Sequence record: NC_019505.1
Source: Escherichia phage wV7
Strand: one strand, 5' to 3'
Length of the DNA: 64,000 nt
How positions within the stretch are numbered: the first letter of the stretch is position 1; each line of letters begins with the position of its first letter. Under the pieces are notes generated by a model, which saw only the letters and a list, made by a program, of their open reading frames with translations, ran no database searches and was not told the DNA's origin. Positions 1 through 10,515 of this stretch are shown in pieces. The translations under genes were made by a program, and so were the position numbers.

Positions 1-1
1 T

Positions 2-1546
2 CCTACTGCAAAAATTATTGCTAAAGCTAAAGAAGTTGGCGAATACCCAACATTAGGTTCTAACTGGACTGCAGAAATTTCTTCATCTTCTTCCGGTTTA
101 GCTGCAGTAATAACTCTTGGAAAAATTATTACTGATTCCGGTATTTTATTAGCTGAAATCGAGAGCGCTGAAACTGCTATGACAGCAGTTGATTTTCAGG
201 CAAATCTTGAAAAATATGGAATTCCAGGAGTAGTAGCTCTCTATCCAGGCGAATTAGGCGATAAAATTGAAATTGAAATCGTATCTAAAGCTGACTATGC
301 GAAAGGCGCTTCTGCATTACTGCCAATTTATCCAGGTGGTGGTACTCGTGCATCTACTGCCAAGGCAGTATTTGGATATGGGCCGCAGACTGACTCACAG
401 TACGCTATTATAGTTCGTCGAAATGATGCTATTGTTCAAAGCGTTGTTCTTTCAACTAAGCGTGGTGAAAAAGATATTTACGATAGTAACATCTATATCG
501 ATGACTTTTTCGCAAAAGGTGGTTCAGAATATATTTTTGCAACTGCACAAAACTGGCCAGAAGGATTCTCTGGAATTTTAACTCTTTCTGGTGGATTATC
601 ATCAAATGCTGAAGTAACAGCAGGAGATTTGATGGAAGCTTGGGACTTCTTTGCTGACCGTGAATCCGTTGATGTTCAACTGTTTATTGCGGGTTCTTGT
701 GCCGGTGAATCTTTGGAAACAGCATCTACTGTCCAAAAACACGTCGTTTCAATTGGTGATGCTCGCCAGGATTGCTTAGTATTGTGCTCACCACCGCGTG
801 AAACTGTAGTTGGAATTCCTGTAACCCGTGCTGTTGACAACTTAGTCAATTGGAGAACTGCCGCAGGTTCATATACTGATAATAACTTTAATATTAGTTC
901 AACCTACGCAGCAATTGATGGTAACTACAAATATCAGTATGACAAATATAATGATGTGAATCGTTGGGTTCCATTAGCAGCTGATATTGCTGGTTTATGC
1001 GCAAGAACTGATAACGTATCTCAGACTTGGATGTCACCAGCTGGTTATAATCGTGGCCAGATTCTTAACGTTATTAAACTTGCTATTGAAACTCGCCAGG
1101 CACAACGTGACCGCTTATATCAAGAAGCTATCAACCCAGTAACTGGTACAGGTGGTGATGGTTACGTATTGTATGGTGATAAAACAGCTACTTCTGTTCC
1201 TTCTCCATTTGATCGTATTAACGTTCGTCGTCTGTTTAATATGTTGAAAACGAATATCGGACGTAGTTCAAAATATCGTTTGTTCGAATTAAACAACGCG
1301 TTTACTCGTTCTTCATTCCGTACAGAAACTGCTCAGTACTTGCAAGGAATTAAAGCTCTTGGCGGAATTTATGAATATCGTGTAGTTTGCGATACAACAA
1401 ATAACACTCCGTCAGTAATTGATAGAAATGAATTTGTTGCAACATTCTACATCCAACCGGCGCGCAGTATAAATTATATCCAGCTTAACTTCGTTGCGAC
1501 TGCTACTGGTGCAGATTTCGATGAGTTAACTGGTCTTGCTGGTTAA
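2..1546 (+). CDS. 18: Tail sheath protein gp18, 5'-truncated at window edge (C-terminal ~515 aa)
   Basis: Frame open from window start; translation matches recalled T4 gp18 C-terminal region; followed by gene 19. Confidence 0.9.
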   Translation, partial: PTAKIIAKAKEVGEYPTLGSNWTAEISSSSSGLAAVITLGKIITDSGILLAEIESAETAMTAVDFQANLEKYGIPGVVALYPGELGDKIEIEIVSKADYAKGASALLPIYPGGGTRASTAKAVFGYGPQTDSQYAIIVRRNDAIVQSVVLSTKRGEKDIYDSNIYIDDFFAKGGSEYIFATAQNWPEGFSGILTLSGGLSSNAEVTAGDLMEAWDFFADRESVDVQLFIAGSCAGESLETASTVQKHVVSIGDARQDCLVLCSPPRETVVGIPVTRAVDNLVNWRTAAGSYTDNNFNISSTYAAIDGNYKYQYDKYNDVNRWVPLAADIAGLCARTDNVSQTWMSPAGYNRGQILNVIKLAIETRQAQRDRLYQEAINPVTGTGGDGYVLYGDKTATSVPSPFDRINVRRLFNMLKTNIGRSSKYRLFELNNAFTRSSFRTETAQYLQGIKALGGIYEYRVVCDTTNNTPSVIDRNEFVATFYIQPARSINYIQLNFVATATGADFDELTGLAG

Positions 1547-1562
1547 TACGGTGCATTCTAAA

Positions 1563-1580
1563 GGCCTGTTTCGACAGGCC
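1563..1580 (+). other. Stable stem-loop (GGCCTGT-TTCG-ACAGGCC) between genes 18 and 19
   Basis: 7-bp GC-rich stem with tetraloop directly after gp18 stop; no U-tract, so more likely an RNA stability or processing element than a terminator. Confidence 0.5.
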
Positions 1581-1640
1581 ATATAAATACACTATATCCT
1601 TAATTCTTTAATTCTATATGCCCTAGGTTAAACATAGGGA

Positions 1641-1648
1641 TATAAATA
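1641..1648 (+). promoter_or_regulatory. T4 late promoter box TATAAATA upstream of gene 19
   Basis: Exact TATAAATA 15 nt upstream of gene 19 ATG, followed by AGAGG; a second copy lies at 1582-1589. Confidence 0.55.
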
Positions 1649-1662
1649 CTACAGAGGCTAAT

Positions 1663-2154
1663 ATGTTTGTAGATGATGTAACACGAGCGTTTGAATCTGG
1701 TGATTTTGCGCGACCTAACTTATTCCAAGTAGAGATTTCTTATCTTGGCCAAAATTTTACGTTCCAATGTAAAGCTACTGCTTTACCAGCTGGTATTGTA
1801 GAAAAAATTCCAGTCGGATTTATGAACCGTAAAATTAATGTAGCAGGAGACCGTACATTCGATGATTGGACTGTTACAGTGATGAATGATGAAGCTCATG
1901 ATGCTCGTCAGAAGTTTGTTGATTGGCAAAGCATTGCTGCTGGTCAAGGAAACGAAATTACTGGTGGAAAACCTGCAGAGTATAAAAAGAGCGCTATTGT
2001 TCGTCAATATGCTCGTGATGCTAAAACAGTAACAAAAGAAATTGAAATTAAAGGTCTATGGCCTACTAACGTGGGTGAACTTCAATTAGATTGGGATTCA
2101 AACAATGAAATCCAAACATTTGAAGTAACTCTTGCTCTCGATTATTGGGAATAA
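1663..2154 (+). CDS. 19: Tail tube protein gp19 (163 aa)
   Basis: ATG start with SD; length and sequence match recalled T4 gp19; synteny after gp18. Confidence 0.9.
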   Translation: MFVDDVTRAFESGDFARPNLFQVEISYLGQNFTFQCKATALPAGIVEKIPVGFMNRKINVAGDRTFDDWTVTVMNDEAHDARQKFVDWQSIAAGQGNEITGGKPAEYKKSAIVRQYARDAKTVTKEIEIKGLWPTNVGELQLDWDSNNEIQTFEVTLALDYWE

Positions 2155-2160
2155 AATGAA

Positions 2161-2176
2161 TGGGGAGAAATCCCCA
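2161..2176 (+). other. Stem-loop with GAAA tetraloop after gene 19
   Basis: TGGGGA-GAAA-TCCCCA immediately after gp19 stop. Confidence 0.45.
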
Positions 2177-2186
2177 TCCTGCTTAA

Positions 2187-3811
<1,625 letters not shown>

Positions 3812-3812
<1 letters not shown>

Positions 3813-4048
3813 TGGAAGGTTTAATTGAAGCTATTAAATCAAACGACCTCGTAGCCGCTCGTAAATTATTTGCTGAAGCCATGGCTGCAAGAACGACTGA
3901 TTTAATCAAAGAAGAAAAAATCACTATCGCTCGTAATTTCTTAATCGAGGGTGAAGAACCTGATGACGAGGATGACGACGAAGATAGCGATGATGATAAA
4001 GACGACAAAAAAGACAAAGACTCTGATGAAGACGAGGATGATGAATAA
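3812..4048 (+). CDS. 67: Prohead core protein gp67 with acidic C-terminal tail
   Basis: 78 aa, D/E-rich low-complexity C-terminus; position between 20 and 68 as in T4. Confidence 0.8.
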
Positions 4049-4473
4049 TGATTCTAATCCCTGAAACTCATGAATTAGTTCTCGAGAATGTCGAAGCACT
4101 TATTCCTGAAGCACAGGGTCGCTTTGACGAGTTGTCTTCTGCTTTAAATAAAGACGATATAAATAAAATTATCGAGAATATGCTTGATGATGAAACTGAT
4201 TTAGCGGTTGCATTAGCTTCTATTAATGAAAATATGCCGTTAAATGAATTTATCGTTAAACATGTTTCTGCCCGTGGTGAAATTACTCGCACTAAAGATC
4301 GCAAAACCCGCGAACGTAATGCATTTCAAACTACCGGGTTGTCTAAAGCAAAACGTAGACAAATTGCTCGTAAAGCTACCAAAACGAAGATTGCCAATCC
4401 AGCAGGTCAATCTCGTGCTCAGCGTAAGCGTAAAAAAGCTCTTAAACGCCGTAAAGCATTAGGATTAAGCTAA
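4048..4473 (+). CDS. 68: Prohead core protein gp68
   Basis: 141 aa, basic C-terminus; start overlaps gp67 stop; T4 synteny. Confidence 0.8.
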   Translation: MILIPETHELVLENVEALIPEAQGRFDELSSALNKDDINKIIENMLDDETDLAVALASINENMPLNEFIVKHVSARGEITRTKDRKTRERNAFQTTGLSKAKRRQIARKATKTKIANPAGQSRAQRKRKKALKRRKALGLS

Positions 4474-5111
4474 TGAATGAACCCCAATTGCTAATTGAAA
4501 CTTGGGGTCAACCTGGCGAAATTATTGATGGTGTGCCAATGCTTGAATCCCATGATGGGAAAGACTTAGGTTTAAAACCTGGTTTATACATCGAAGGAAT
4601 ATTCATGCAAGCAGAAGTCGTCAATAGAAATAAACGTCTTTATCCAAAACGTATATTAGAAAAAGCGGTAAAAGACTATATTAATGAGCAAGTTTTAACT
4701 AAACAAGCTCTCGGAGAATTAAATCATCCTCCACGCGCTAATGTTGACCCGATGCAAGCCGCTATCATTATAGAAGATATGTGGTGGAAAGGAAATGACG
4801 TATACGGACGAGCTCGTGTTATTGAAGGTGACCATGGTCCTGGAGATAAATTAGCAGCTAATATTCGTGCCGGATGGATTCCAGGAGTTTCTTCTCGTGG
4901 ATTAGGTTCATTGACTGACACAAATAAAGGTTATCGTATCGTAAACGAAGGATTCAAATTAACTGTAGGTGTTGATGCAGTATGGGGTCCAAGTGCTCCA
5001 GATGCATGGGTAACTCCTAAGGAAATTACAGAATCACAGACGGCGGAAGCCGATACAAGTGCCGATGACGCCTATATGGCTCTCGCAGAGGCCATGAAAA
5101 AAGCGTTATAA
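4473..5111 (+). CDS. 21: Prohead core protease gp21
   Basis: 212 aa; sequence and length match recalled T4 gp21; start overlaps gp68 stop. Confidence 0.9.
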   Translation: MNEPQLLIETWGQPGEIIDGVPMLESHDGKDLGLKPGLYIEGIFMQAEVVNRNKRLYPKRILEKAVKDYINEQVLTKQALGELNHPPRANVDPMQAAIIIEDMWWKGNDVYGRARVIEGDHGPGDKLAANIRAGWIPGVSSRGLGSLTDTNKGYRIVNEGFKLTVGVDAVWGPSAPDAWVTPKEITESQTAEADTSADDAYMALAEAMKKAL

Positions 5112-5114
5112 ATA
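5107..5114 (+). promoter_or_regulatory. T4 late promoter box TATAAATA upstream of gene 22
   Basis: Exact TATAAATA 28 nt upstream of gene 22 ATG, overlapping gp21 stop. Confidence 0.5.
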
Positions 5115-5141
5115 TTATTATCTAAACAACAGGACTACAAA

Positions 5142-5951
5142 ATGCTTAAAGAACAACTGATTGCCGAAGCGCAGAAAATTGATGCTTCCGTTGCTCTTGA
5201 TAGTATTTTCGAATCAGTTAATATTTCTCCGGAAGCAAAAGAAACTTTCGGCACTGTATTCGAAGCTACCGTCAAGCAGCACGCCGTTAAATTAGCTGAA
5301 TCTCATATCGCTAAAATTGCTGAAAAAGCAGAAGAAGAAGTAGAAAAAAATAAAGAAGAAGCAGAAGAAAAAGCTGAGAAGAAAATCGCTGAGCAAGCTT
5401 CTAAATTCCTTGACCATCTTGCAAAAGAATGGCTCACTGAAAATAAATTAGCAGTAGATAAAGGTATCAAAGCCGAACTGTTTGAATCCATGCTTGGTGG
5501 ATTGAAAGAGCTCTTCGTTGAACACAACGTTGTTGTTCCAGAAGAATCAGTTGATGTTGTAGCTGAAATGGAAGAAGAACTGCAAGAACATAAAGAAGAA
5601 TCAGCTCGTCTGTTCGAAGAACTCAATAAGCGTGACGCATATATCAATTATGTGCAGCGTGAAGTGGCATTGAGCGAAAGTACTAAAGATCTGACTGAGT
5701 CTCAAAAAGAAAAAGTCTCTGCTCTGGTCGAAGGTATTGATTATTCAGATGCATTCTCAAGCAAATTGAGTGCCATCGTAGAAATGGTGAAGAAATCTAA
5801 TAAAGATGAAAGCACTATTACTGAGAGTATAAATACTCCTGATACTGAAGCAGCCGGACTGAATTTCGTCACTGAAGCTGTAGAAGATAAATCTGCACAA
5901 GGTGCAGAAGATATTGTAAGTGTATATGCGAAAGTCGCATCTCGTTTCTAA
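5142..5951 (+). CDS. 22: Prohead scaffolding core protein gp22
   Basis: 269 aa, highly charged E/K-rich coiled-coil-like protein; T4 synteny before gene 23. Confidence 0.9.
   Translation: MLKEQLIAEAQKIDASVALDSIFESVNISPEAKETFGTVFEATVKQHAVKLAESHIAKIAEKAEEEVEKNKEEAEEKAEKKIAEQASKFLDHLAKEWLTENKLAVDKGIKAELFESMLGGLKELFVEHNVVVPEESVDVVAEMEEELQEHKEESARLFEELNKRDAYINYVQREVALSESTKDLTESQKEKVSALVEGIDYSDAFSSKLSAIVEMVKKSNKDESTITESINTPDTEAAGLNFVTEAVEDKSAQGAEDIVSVYAKVASRF
5828..5835 (+). promoter_or_regulatory. T4 late promoter box TATAAATA inside 3' end of gene 22 (candidate P23)
   Basis: Exact TATAAATA about 135 nt upstream of gene 23 ATG. Confidence 0.5.
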
Positions 5952-5969
5952 TTTTAAAGGTTAACACAA

Positions 5970-7535
5970 ATGACTATCAAAACTAAAGCTGAACTTTTGA
6001 ACAAATGGAAGCCATTACTGGAAGGTGAAGGTTTACCGGAAATTGCTAATAGCAAACAAGCGATTATCGCTAAAATCTTTGAAAACCAGGAAAAAGATTT
6101 CCAGACAGCTCCGGAATATAAAGACGAAAAAATTGCTCAGGCATTCGGTTCTTTCTTAACAGAAGCTGAAATCGGTGGTGACCACGGTTACAATGCTACC
6201 AACATCGCTGCAGGTCAGACTTCTGGCGCAGTAACTCAGATTGGCCCAGCTGTTATGGGTATGGTACGTCGTGCCATTCCTAACCTGATTGCTTTCGATA
6301 TTTGCGGTGTTCAGCCAATGAACAGCCCGACTGGCCAGGTATTCGCGCTGCGCGCAGTATATGGTAAAGATCCAATCGCTTCCGGCGCTAAAGAAGCATT
6401 CCACCCAATGTATGGTCCAGATGCAATGTTCTCTGGTCAGGGTGCTGCTAAGAAATTCGCTGCTTTGAAAGCAAGTGATACTCTTGAAGTCGGAACTATT
6501 TACACTCACTTCTTCCAGGACACTGGTACTGTGTATCTGCAAGCTACAGAAGTTAAGCAAATTGATACTAGTGCAAATGATGCAGCTAAATTAGATGCTG
6601 AAATCAAGAAACAAATGGAAGCTGGTGTACTGGTAGAAATCGCTGAAGGTATGGCTACTTCTATCGCTGAACTTCAGGAAGGTTTCAATGGTTCTACCGA
6701 TAACCCATGGAATGAAATGGGCTTCCGTATCGATAAACAAGTTATCGAAGCTAAATCTCGCCAGCTGAAAGCTGCTTACTCTATCGAATTAGCACAAGAC
6801 CTCCGCGCTGTTCATGGTATGGATGCTGATGCTGAACTGTCTGGTATTCTGGCTACCGAAATTATGCTGGAAATCAACCGTGAAGTTGTTGATTGGATTA
6901 ACTACTCAGCACAGGTTGGTAAATCTGGTATGACCCTGACTCCGGGTTCTAAAGCTGGTGTATTTGACTTCCAGGACCCAATCGATATTCGTGGTGCTCG
7001 CTGGGCTGGTGAATCCTTTAAAGCTCTGTTGTTCCAGATTGATAAAGAAGCAGTTGAAATCGCTCGTCAGACCGGTCGTGGTGAAGGTAACTTCATTATC
7101 GCTTCCCGTAACGTAGTTAACGTTCTGGCTTCAGTTGATACCGGCATTTCTTATGCTGCACAGGGTCTGGCAACTGGCTTTAACACTGATACTACCAAGT
7201 CAGTATTTGCTGGTGTTCTGGGTGGTAAATACCGTGTATATATCGACCAGTATGCTAAACAGGATTATTTCACTGTAGGTTATAAAGGTCCGAACGAAAT
7301 GGATGCTGGTATTTACTACGCTCCATATGTAGCTCTGACTCCACTGCGTGGTTCTGATCCGAAGAACTTCCAACCAGTAATGGGATTCAAAACTCGTTAC
7401 GGTATCGGTATCAACCCATTTGCAGAATCCGCTGCTCAGGCTCCGGCTTCTCGCATTCAGAGCGGTATGCCTTCTATCCTGAACAGCCTTGGTAAGAACG
7501 CTTACTTCCGCCGTGTATATGTTAAAGGTATCTAA
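5970..7535 (+). CDS. 23: Major capsid protein gp23 (521 aa)
   Basis: Sequence MTIKTKAELLNKWKPLLEGEG... matches recalled T4 gp23; length 521 aa. Confidence 0.95.
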   Translation: MTIKTKAELLNKWKPLLEGEGLPEIANSKQAIIAKIFENQEKDFQTAPEYKDEKIAQAFGSFLTEAEIGGDHGYNATNIAAGQTSGAVTQIGPAVMGMVRRAIPNLIAFDICGVQPMNSPTGQVFALRAVYGKDPIASGAKEAFHPMYGPDAMFSGQGAAKKFAALKASDTLEVGTIYTHFFQDTGTVYLQATEVKQIDTSANDAAKLDAEIKKQMEAGVLVEIAEGMATSIAELQEGFNGSTDNPWNEMGFRIDKQVIEAKSRQLKAAYSIELAQDLRAVHGMDADAELSGILATEIMLEINREVVDWINYSAQVGKSGMTLTPGSKAGVFDFQDPIDIRGARWAGESFKALLFQIDKEAVEIARQTGRGEGNFIIASRNVVNVLASVDTGISYAAQGLATGFNTDTTKSVFAGVLGGKYRVYIDQYAKQDYFTVGYKGPNEMDAGIYYAPYVALTPLRGSDPKNFQPVMGFKTRYGIGINPFAESAAQAPASRIQSGMPSILNSLGKNAYFRRVYVKGI

Positions 7536-7550
7536 TCTTTGACGATTTAA

Positions 7551-7580
7551 GGGACCTTCGGGTCCCTTTAGTTGTTTTTA
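7551..7580 (+). terminator. Rho-independent terminator after gene 23
   Basis: GGGACC-TTCG-GGTCCC hairpin followed by TTTAGTTGTTTTTA. Confidence 0.7.
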
Positions 7581-7583
7581 TGG

Positions 7584-7591
7584 TATAAATA
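7584..7591 (+). promoter_or_regulatory. T4 late promoter box TATAAATA upstream of gene 24
   Basis: Exact TATAAATA 28 nt upstream of gene 24 ATG. Confidence 0.5.
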
Positions 7592-7618
7592 AATCATATA
7601 AACTGAAAGGAAAGCGCA

Positions 7619-8902
7619 ATGGCTAAAATCAACGAACTTCTGCGCGAATCAACCACAACGAATAGCAACTCAATCGGTCGCCCAAATCTCGTTGCTTTGA
7701 CTCGCGCTACCACTAAATTAATATATTCTGACATTGTAGCAACGCAAAGAACTAATCAACCTGTTGCTGCTTTTTATGGTATCAAATACCTTAACCCAGA
7801 CAATGAATTTACATTTAAAACTGGTGCTACTTACGCTGGCGAAGCTGGATATGTAGACCGAGAACAAATCACAGAATTAACAGAAGAGTCTAAATTAACT
7901 CTCAATAAAGGCGATTTATTCAAATATAATAATATCGTTTATAAAGTATTAGAAGATACACCATTTGCTGATATTGAAGAAAGTGATTTAGAATTAGCTC
8001 TTCAGATTGCAATTGTTCTTTTAAAGGTTCGTCTATTTTCTGACGCAGCGTCAACAAGCAAATTTGAAAGCTCTGATAGTGAAATTGCGGATGCTAGATT
8101 CCAGATTAATAAATGGCAAACCGCAGTTAAATCTCGTAAACTTAAAACCGGTATCACAGTTGAATTAGCACAAGATTTAGAAGCAAATGGATTCGATGCT
8201 CCTAATTTCTTGGAAGATTTGCTTGCAACTGAAATGGCAGATGAAATCAATAAAGATATTCTGCAGTCTTTGATTACAGTATCAAAACGTTATAAAGTTA
8301 CAGGAATTACTGATACTGGATTCATTGATTTGAGTTATGCATCTGCACCTGAAGCTGGTCGTTCATTATACCGAATGGTATGTGAAATGGTTTCGCATAT
8401 CCAAAAAGAATCAACTTATACAGCAACGTTTTGTGTTGCTTCAGCTCGTGCCGCTGCGATTCTTGCTGCATCTGGTTGGTTAAAACATAAACCAGAAGAT
8501 GATAAATATCTTTCACAAAATGCCTACGGGTTCTTAGCTAATGGTTTACCGCTTTATTGCGATACTAACAGCCCATTAGATTATGTAATCGTTGGCGTAG
8601 TAGAAAATATCGGTGAAAAAGAAATTGTTGGATCAATTTTCTATGCTCCGTATACAGAAGGTCTCGACTTAGATGACCCTGAACATGTAGGTGCATTTAA
8701 AGTTGTTGTTGATCCAGAAAGCTTACAACCGTCTATCGGTTTATTAGTTAGATATGCTTTATCTGCAAATCCTTATACCGTAGCAAAAGATGAAAAAGAA
8801 GCAAGAGTAATTGATGGTGGAGACATGGATAAAATGGCGGGTCGTTCAGATTTGTCTGTTTTATTAGGTGTTAAATTACCAAAAATTATTATCGATGAAT
8901 AA
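7619..8902 (+). CDS. 24: Capsid vertex protein gp24 (427 aa)
   Basis: Length and sequence match recalled T4 gp24; gp23 paralog directly downstream of 23. Confidence 0.9.
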   Translation: MAKINELLRESTTTNSNSIGRPNLVALTRATTKLIYSDIVATQRTNQPVAAFYGIKYLNPDNEFTFKTGATYAGEAGYVDREQITELTEESKLTLNKGDLFKYNNIVYKVLEDTPFADIEESDLELALQIAIVLLKVRLFSDAASTSKFESSDSEIADARFQINKWQTAVKSRKLKTGITVELAQDLEANGFDAPNFLEDLLATEMADEINKDILQSLITVSKRYKVTGITDTGFIDLSYASAPEAGRSLYRMVCEMVSHIQKESTYTATFCVASARAAAILAASGWLKHKPEDDKYLSQNAYGFLANGLPLYCDTNSPLDYVIVGVVENIGEKEIVGSIFYAPYTEGLDLDDPEHVGAFKVVVDPESLQPSIGLLVRYALSANPYTVAKDEKEARVIDGGDMDKMAGRSDLSVLLGVKLPKIIIDE

Positions 8903-8908
8903 AACAAA

Positions 8909-8933
8909 GGGACCTTTCGGTCCCTTTTTATTT
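8909..8933. terminator. Bidirectional terminator between convergent genes 24 and rnlB
   Basis: GGGACC-TTTC-GGTCCC hairpin flanked by T-runs on both strands; the reverse strand presents a GAAA loop. Confidence 0.65.
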
Positions 8934-9936
8934 AGCTCACCAACTCAATCCAAGCTGGACGAAGTACATCTTGCACCATTTTAACTAATTCCTTTTTAAT
9001 CAAAGAAGGATTATCTGCTTGAGTTAGAGTAATACCTTCACGAGAAGTTTCTTCCAAAATATCTTGGACAGTTAGCCCCATCACCTTTCCAAAATCCTTT
9101 GGACCAATTTCGCCAATTTTAGAAATAACGTTATTTACTCGGTTCAGTGTAACGTAACAAGCTAAAATTCCCACCAATTTGTTATCAGCTTCTGACAATT
9201 CAACTTTAGCTTTAATAGGCTTATCAGACTTTTTCTTTTCACTAAATTTAGAATTCTTGCATTTGATGGCTACACGATTGCGATTAGGCAGCCAAGAAGG
9301 ATAACAAGGTTTCAATACATATCCTTCAGCGGTAAATACTTCGCCTTTGGCTTCGGCATTCCAAACGCATTTATTTGCATCAACTAATCCAGCATGGTCT
9401 ACTGTAAAATTATAATCTTGGACGACAGAATCTAAATCATTTGGCAATTTAATAAGCTCTTCAAATTTACCGCGACCTAAAAGTGGAGCCATTTTAAATT
9501 TAAATGTATTGCAGAATGATTCCATCATATAATCATCGACATAAGTCATGTCACCACTTTCTGTAGTGACAATAATGTCAAATACATAGAAATCTTTATC
9601 ACCATAATCAACATTCTTCTGAATGCCAGGTCCAGCGAATTCGCCAAAAACTTGATAAGATACAACCGCTGAAGTTTCCATAATATCTTGTACTGCTTTA
9701 ATGGAATCAGCGTAATTCTTTAGAATAATTTCATACCCAAAGAAATCTTCAGCAGGAAGAATCGGTCCAGTACGTTTAGCGCAAGTTACTTTATCACGCT
9801 CAATAATCAATGAGAAATTTGTGCCGTGAATCTTTTCACGAGCTACCCATTCGCCGCCAGTCAATCCCAAGCTATAAAGTTTTTCAATAAATTTAGAGTT
9901 GTAATGATTTTCAAGACTGCTATACTTTTTAAACAT
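8932..9936 (-). CDS. rnlB: RNA ligase 2 (334 aa)
   Basis: Nucleotidyltransferase lysine motif K-I-H-G-T-N near N-terminus; sequence and length match recalled T4 Rnl2. Confidence 0.9.
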   Translation of the reverse strand: MFKKYSSLENHYNSKFIEKLYSLGLTGGEWVAREKIHGTNFSLIIERDKVTCAKRTGPILPAEDFFGYEIILKNYADSIKAVQDIMETSAVVSYQVFGEFAGPGIQKNVDYGDKDFYVFDIIVTTESGDMTYVDDYMMESFCNTFKFKMAPLLGRGKFEELIKLPNDLDSVVQDYNFTVDHAGLVDANKCVWNAEAKGEVFTAEGYVLKPCYPSWLPNRNRVAIKCKNSKFSEKKKSDKPIKAKVELSEADNKLVGILACYVTLNRVNNVISKIGEIGPKDFGKVMGLTVQDILEETSREGITLTQADNPSLIKKELVKMVQDVLRPAWIELVS

Positions 9937-9945
9937 AATTAATCC

Positions 9946-10224
9946 TCAAAATGTAATTTCTAACCAATCACCATCACGCTGATCACTATTGACTTTAAAA
10001 TTAAATCCTTCTTTTCTCAGCCAATCACCAATTTCTTCAGTAATCAATTTATCACGAGCAGTACAATAATAACTAAAATATGTTTTACCTTGTTCAGCTG
10101 CTTTATTAGCAAGTTCTGAAAAATCTTTAATAAAACACTCTAGCTTAAACTGTTTACTTTTTAATGCTTTTTCACGTAATTGATTAGCAAAAGATTCATT
10201 TTCATAAAGATCATACTGTTCCAT
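9946..10224 (-). CDS. Hypothetical protein (92 aa, 24.2-like position)
   Basis: ATG start; intact ORF in the T4 24.x position; no recognisable motif. Confidence 0.6.
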   Translation of the reverse strand: MEQYDLYENESFANQLREKALKSKQFKLECFIKDFSELANKAAEQGKTYFSYYCTARDKLITEEIGDWLRKEGFNFKVNSDQRDGDWLEITF

Positions 10225-10414
10225 TTTTCACCTTTTTATTAATGTGTCTTTTTCTATAGACAACTTTTTCTCGAGTCTCAAATTTATTCTTTGCAGTCAT
10301 AGCTCGAGCCCATAATACAGCCACTTCTTTCGCCTGTAAGTTTAATTCACGAGCAATTTCAATGAATGACTTTCCAGACTCATGAAGTGTAAACACCACA
10401 ACTTCAGTTCTCAT
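10211..10414 (-). CDS. Hypothetical small protein with helix-turn-helix-like segment (24.3-like position)
   Basis: ORF track starts at 10426; the internal ATG at 10414 has a better upstream purine-rich site. Start uncertain. Confidence 0.5.
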   Translation of the reverse strand: MRTEVVVFTLHESGKSFIEIARELNLQAKEVAVLWARAMTAKNKFETREKVVYRKRHINKKVKNGTV

Positions 10415-10480
10415 AATCAATCTCATGTTATCGAGTTGGTGCCATTATATACATCATTTTCTGATTGTGTTTTGTGTGCT

Positions 10481-10510
10481 TTCAAAATGAAGAAAGGGGC
10501 CGAAGCCCCT
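10481..10510 (-). terminator. Terminator-like hairpin after hoc
   Basis: On the transcribed strand GGGGC-TTCG-GCCCC directly after hoc stop, followed by a U-rich tract. Confidence 0.55.
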
Positions 10511-10515
10511 TTCGA

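Noticed and set aside
1783-2007. 74-aa minus-strand ORF inside gene 19
   Set aside because: Lies entirely antisense to the tail tube gene; low-complexity translation.
6156-6560. 134-aa minus-strand ORF inside gene 23
   Set aside because: Antisense shadow ORF within the highly conserved major capsid gene; no start context.
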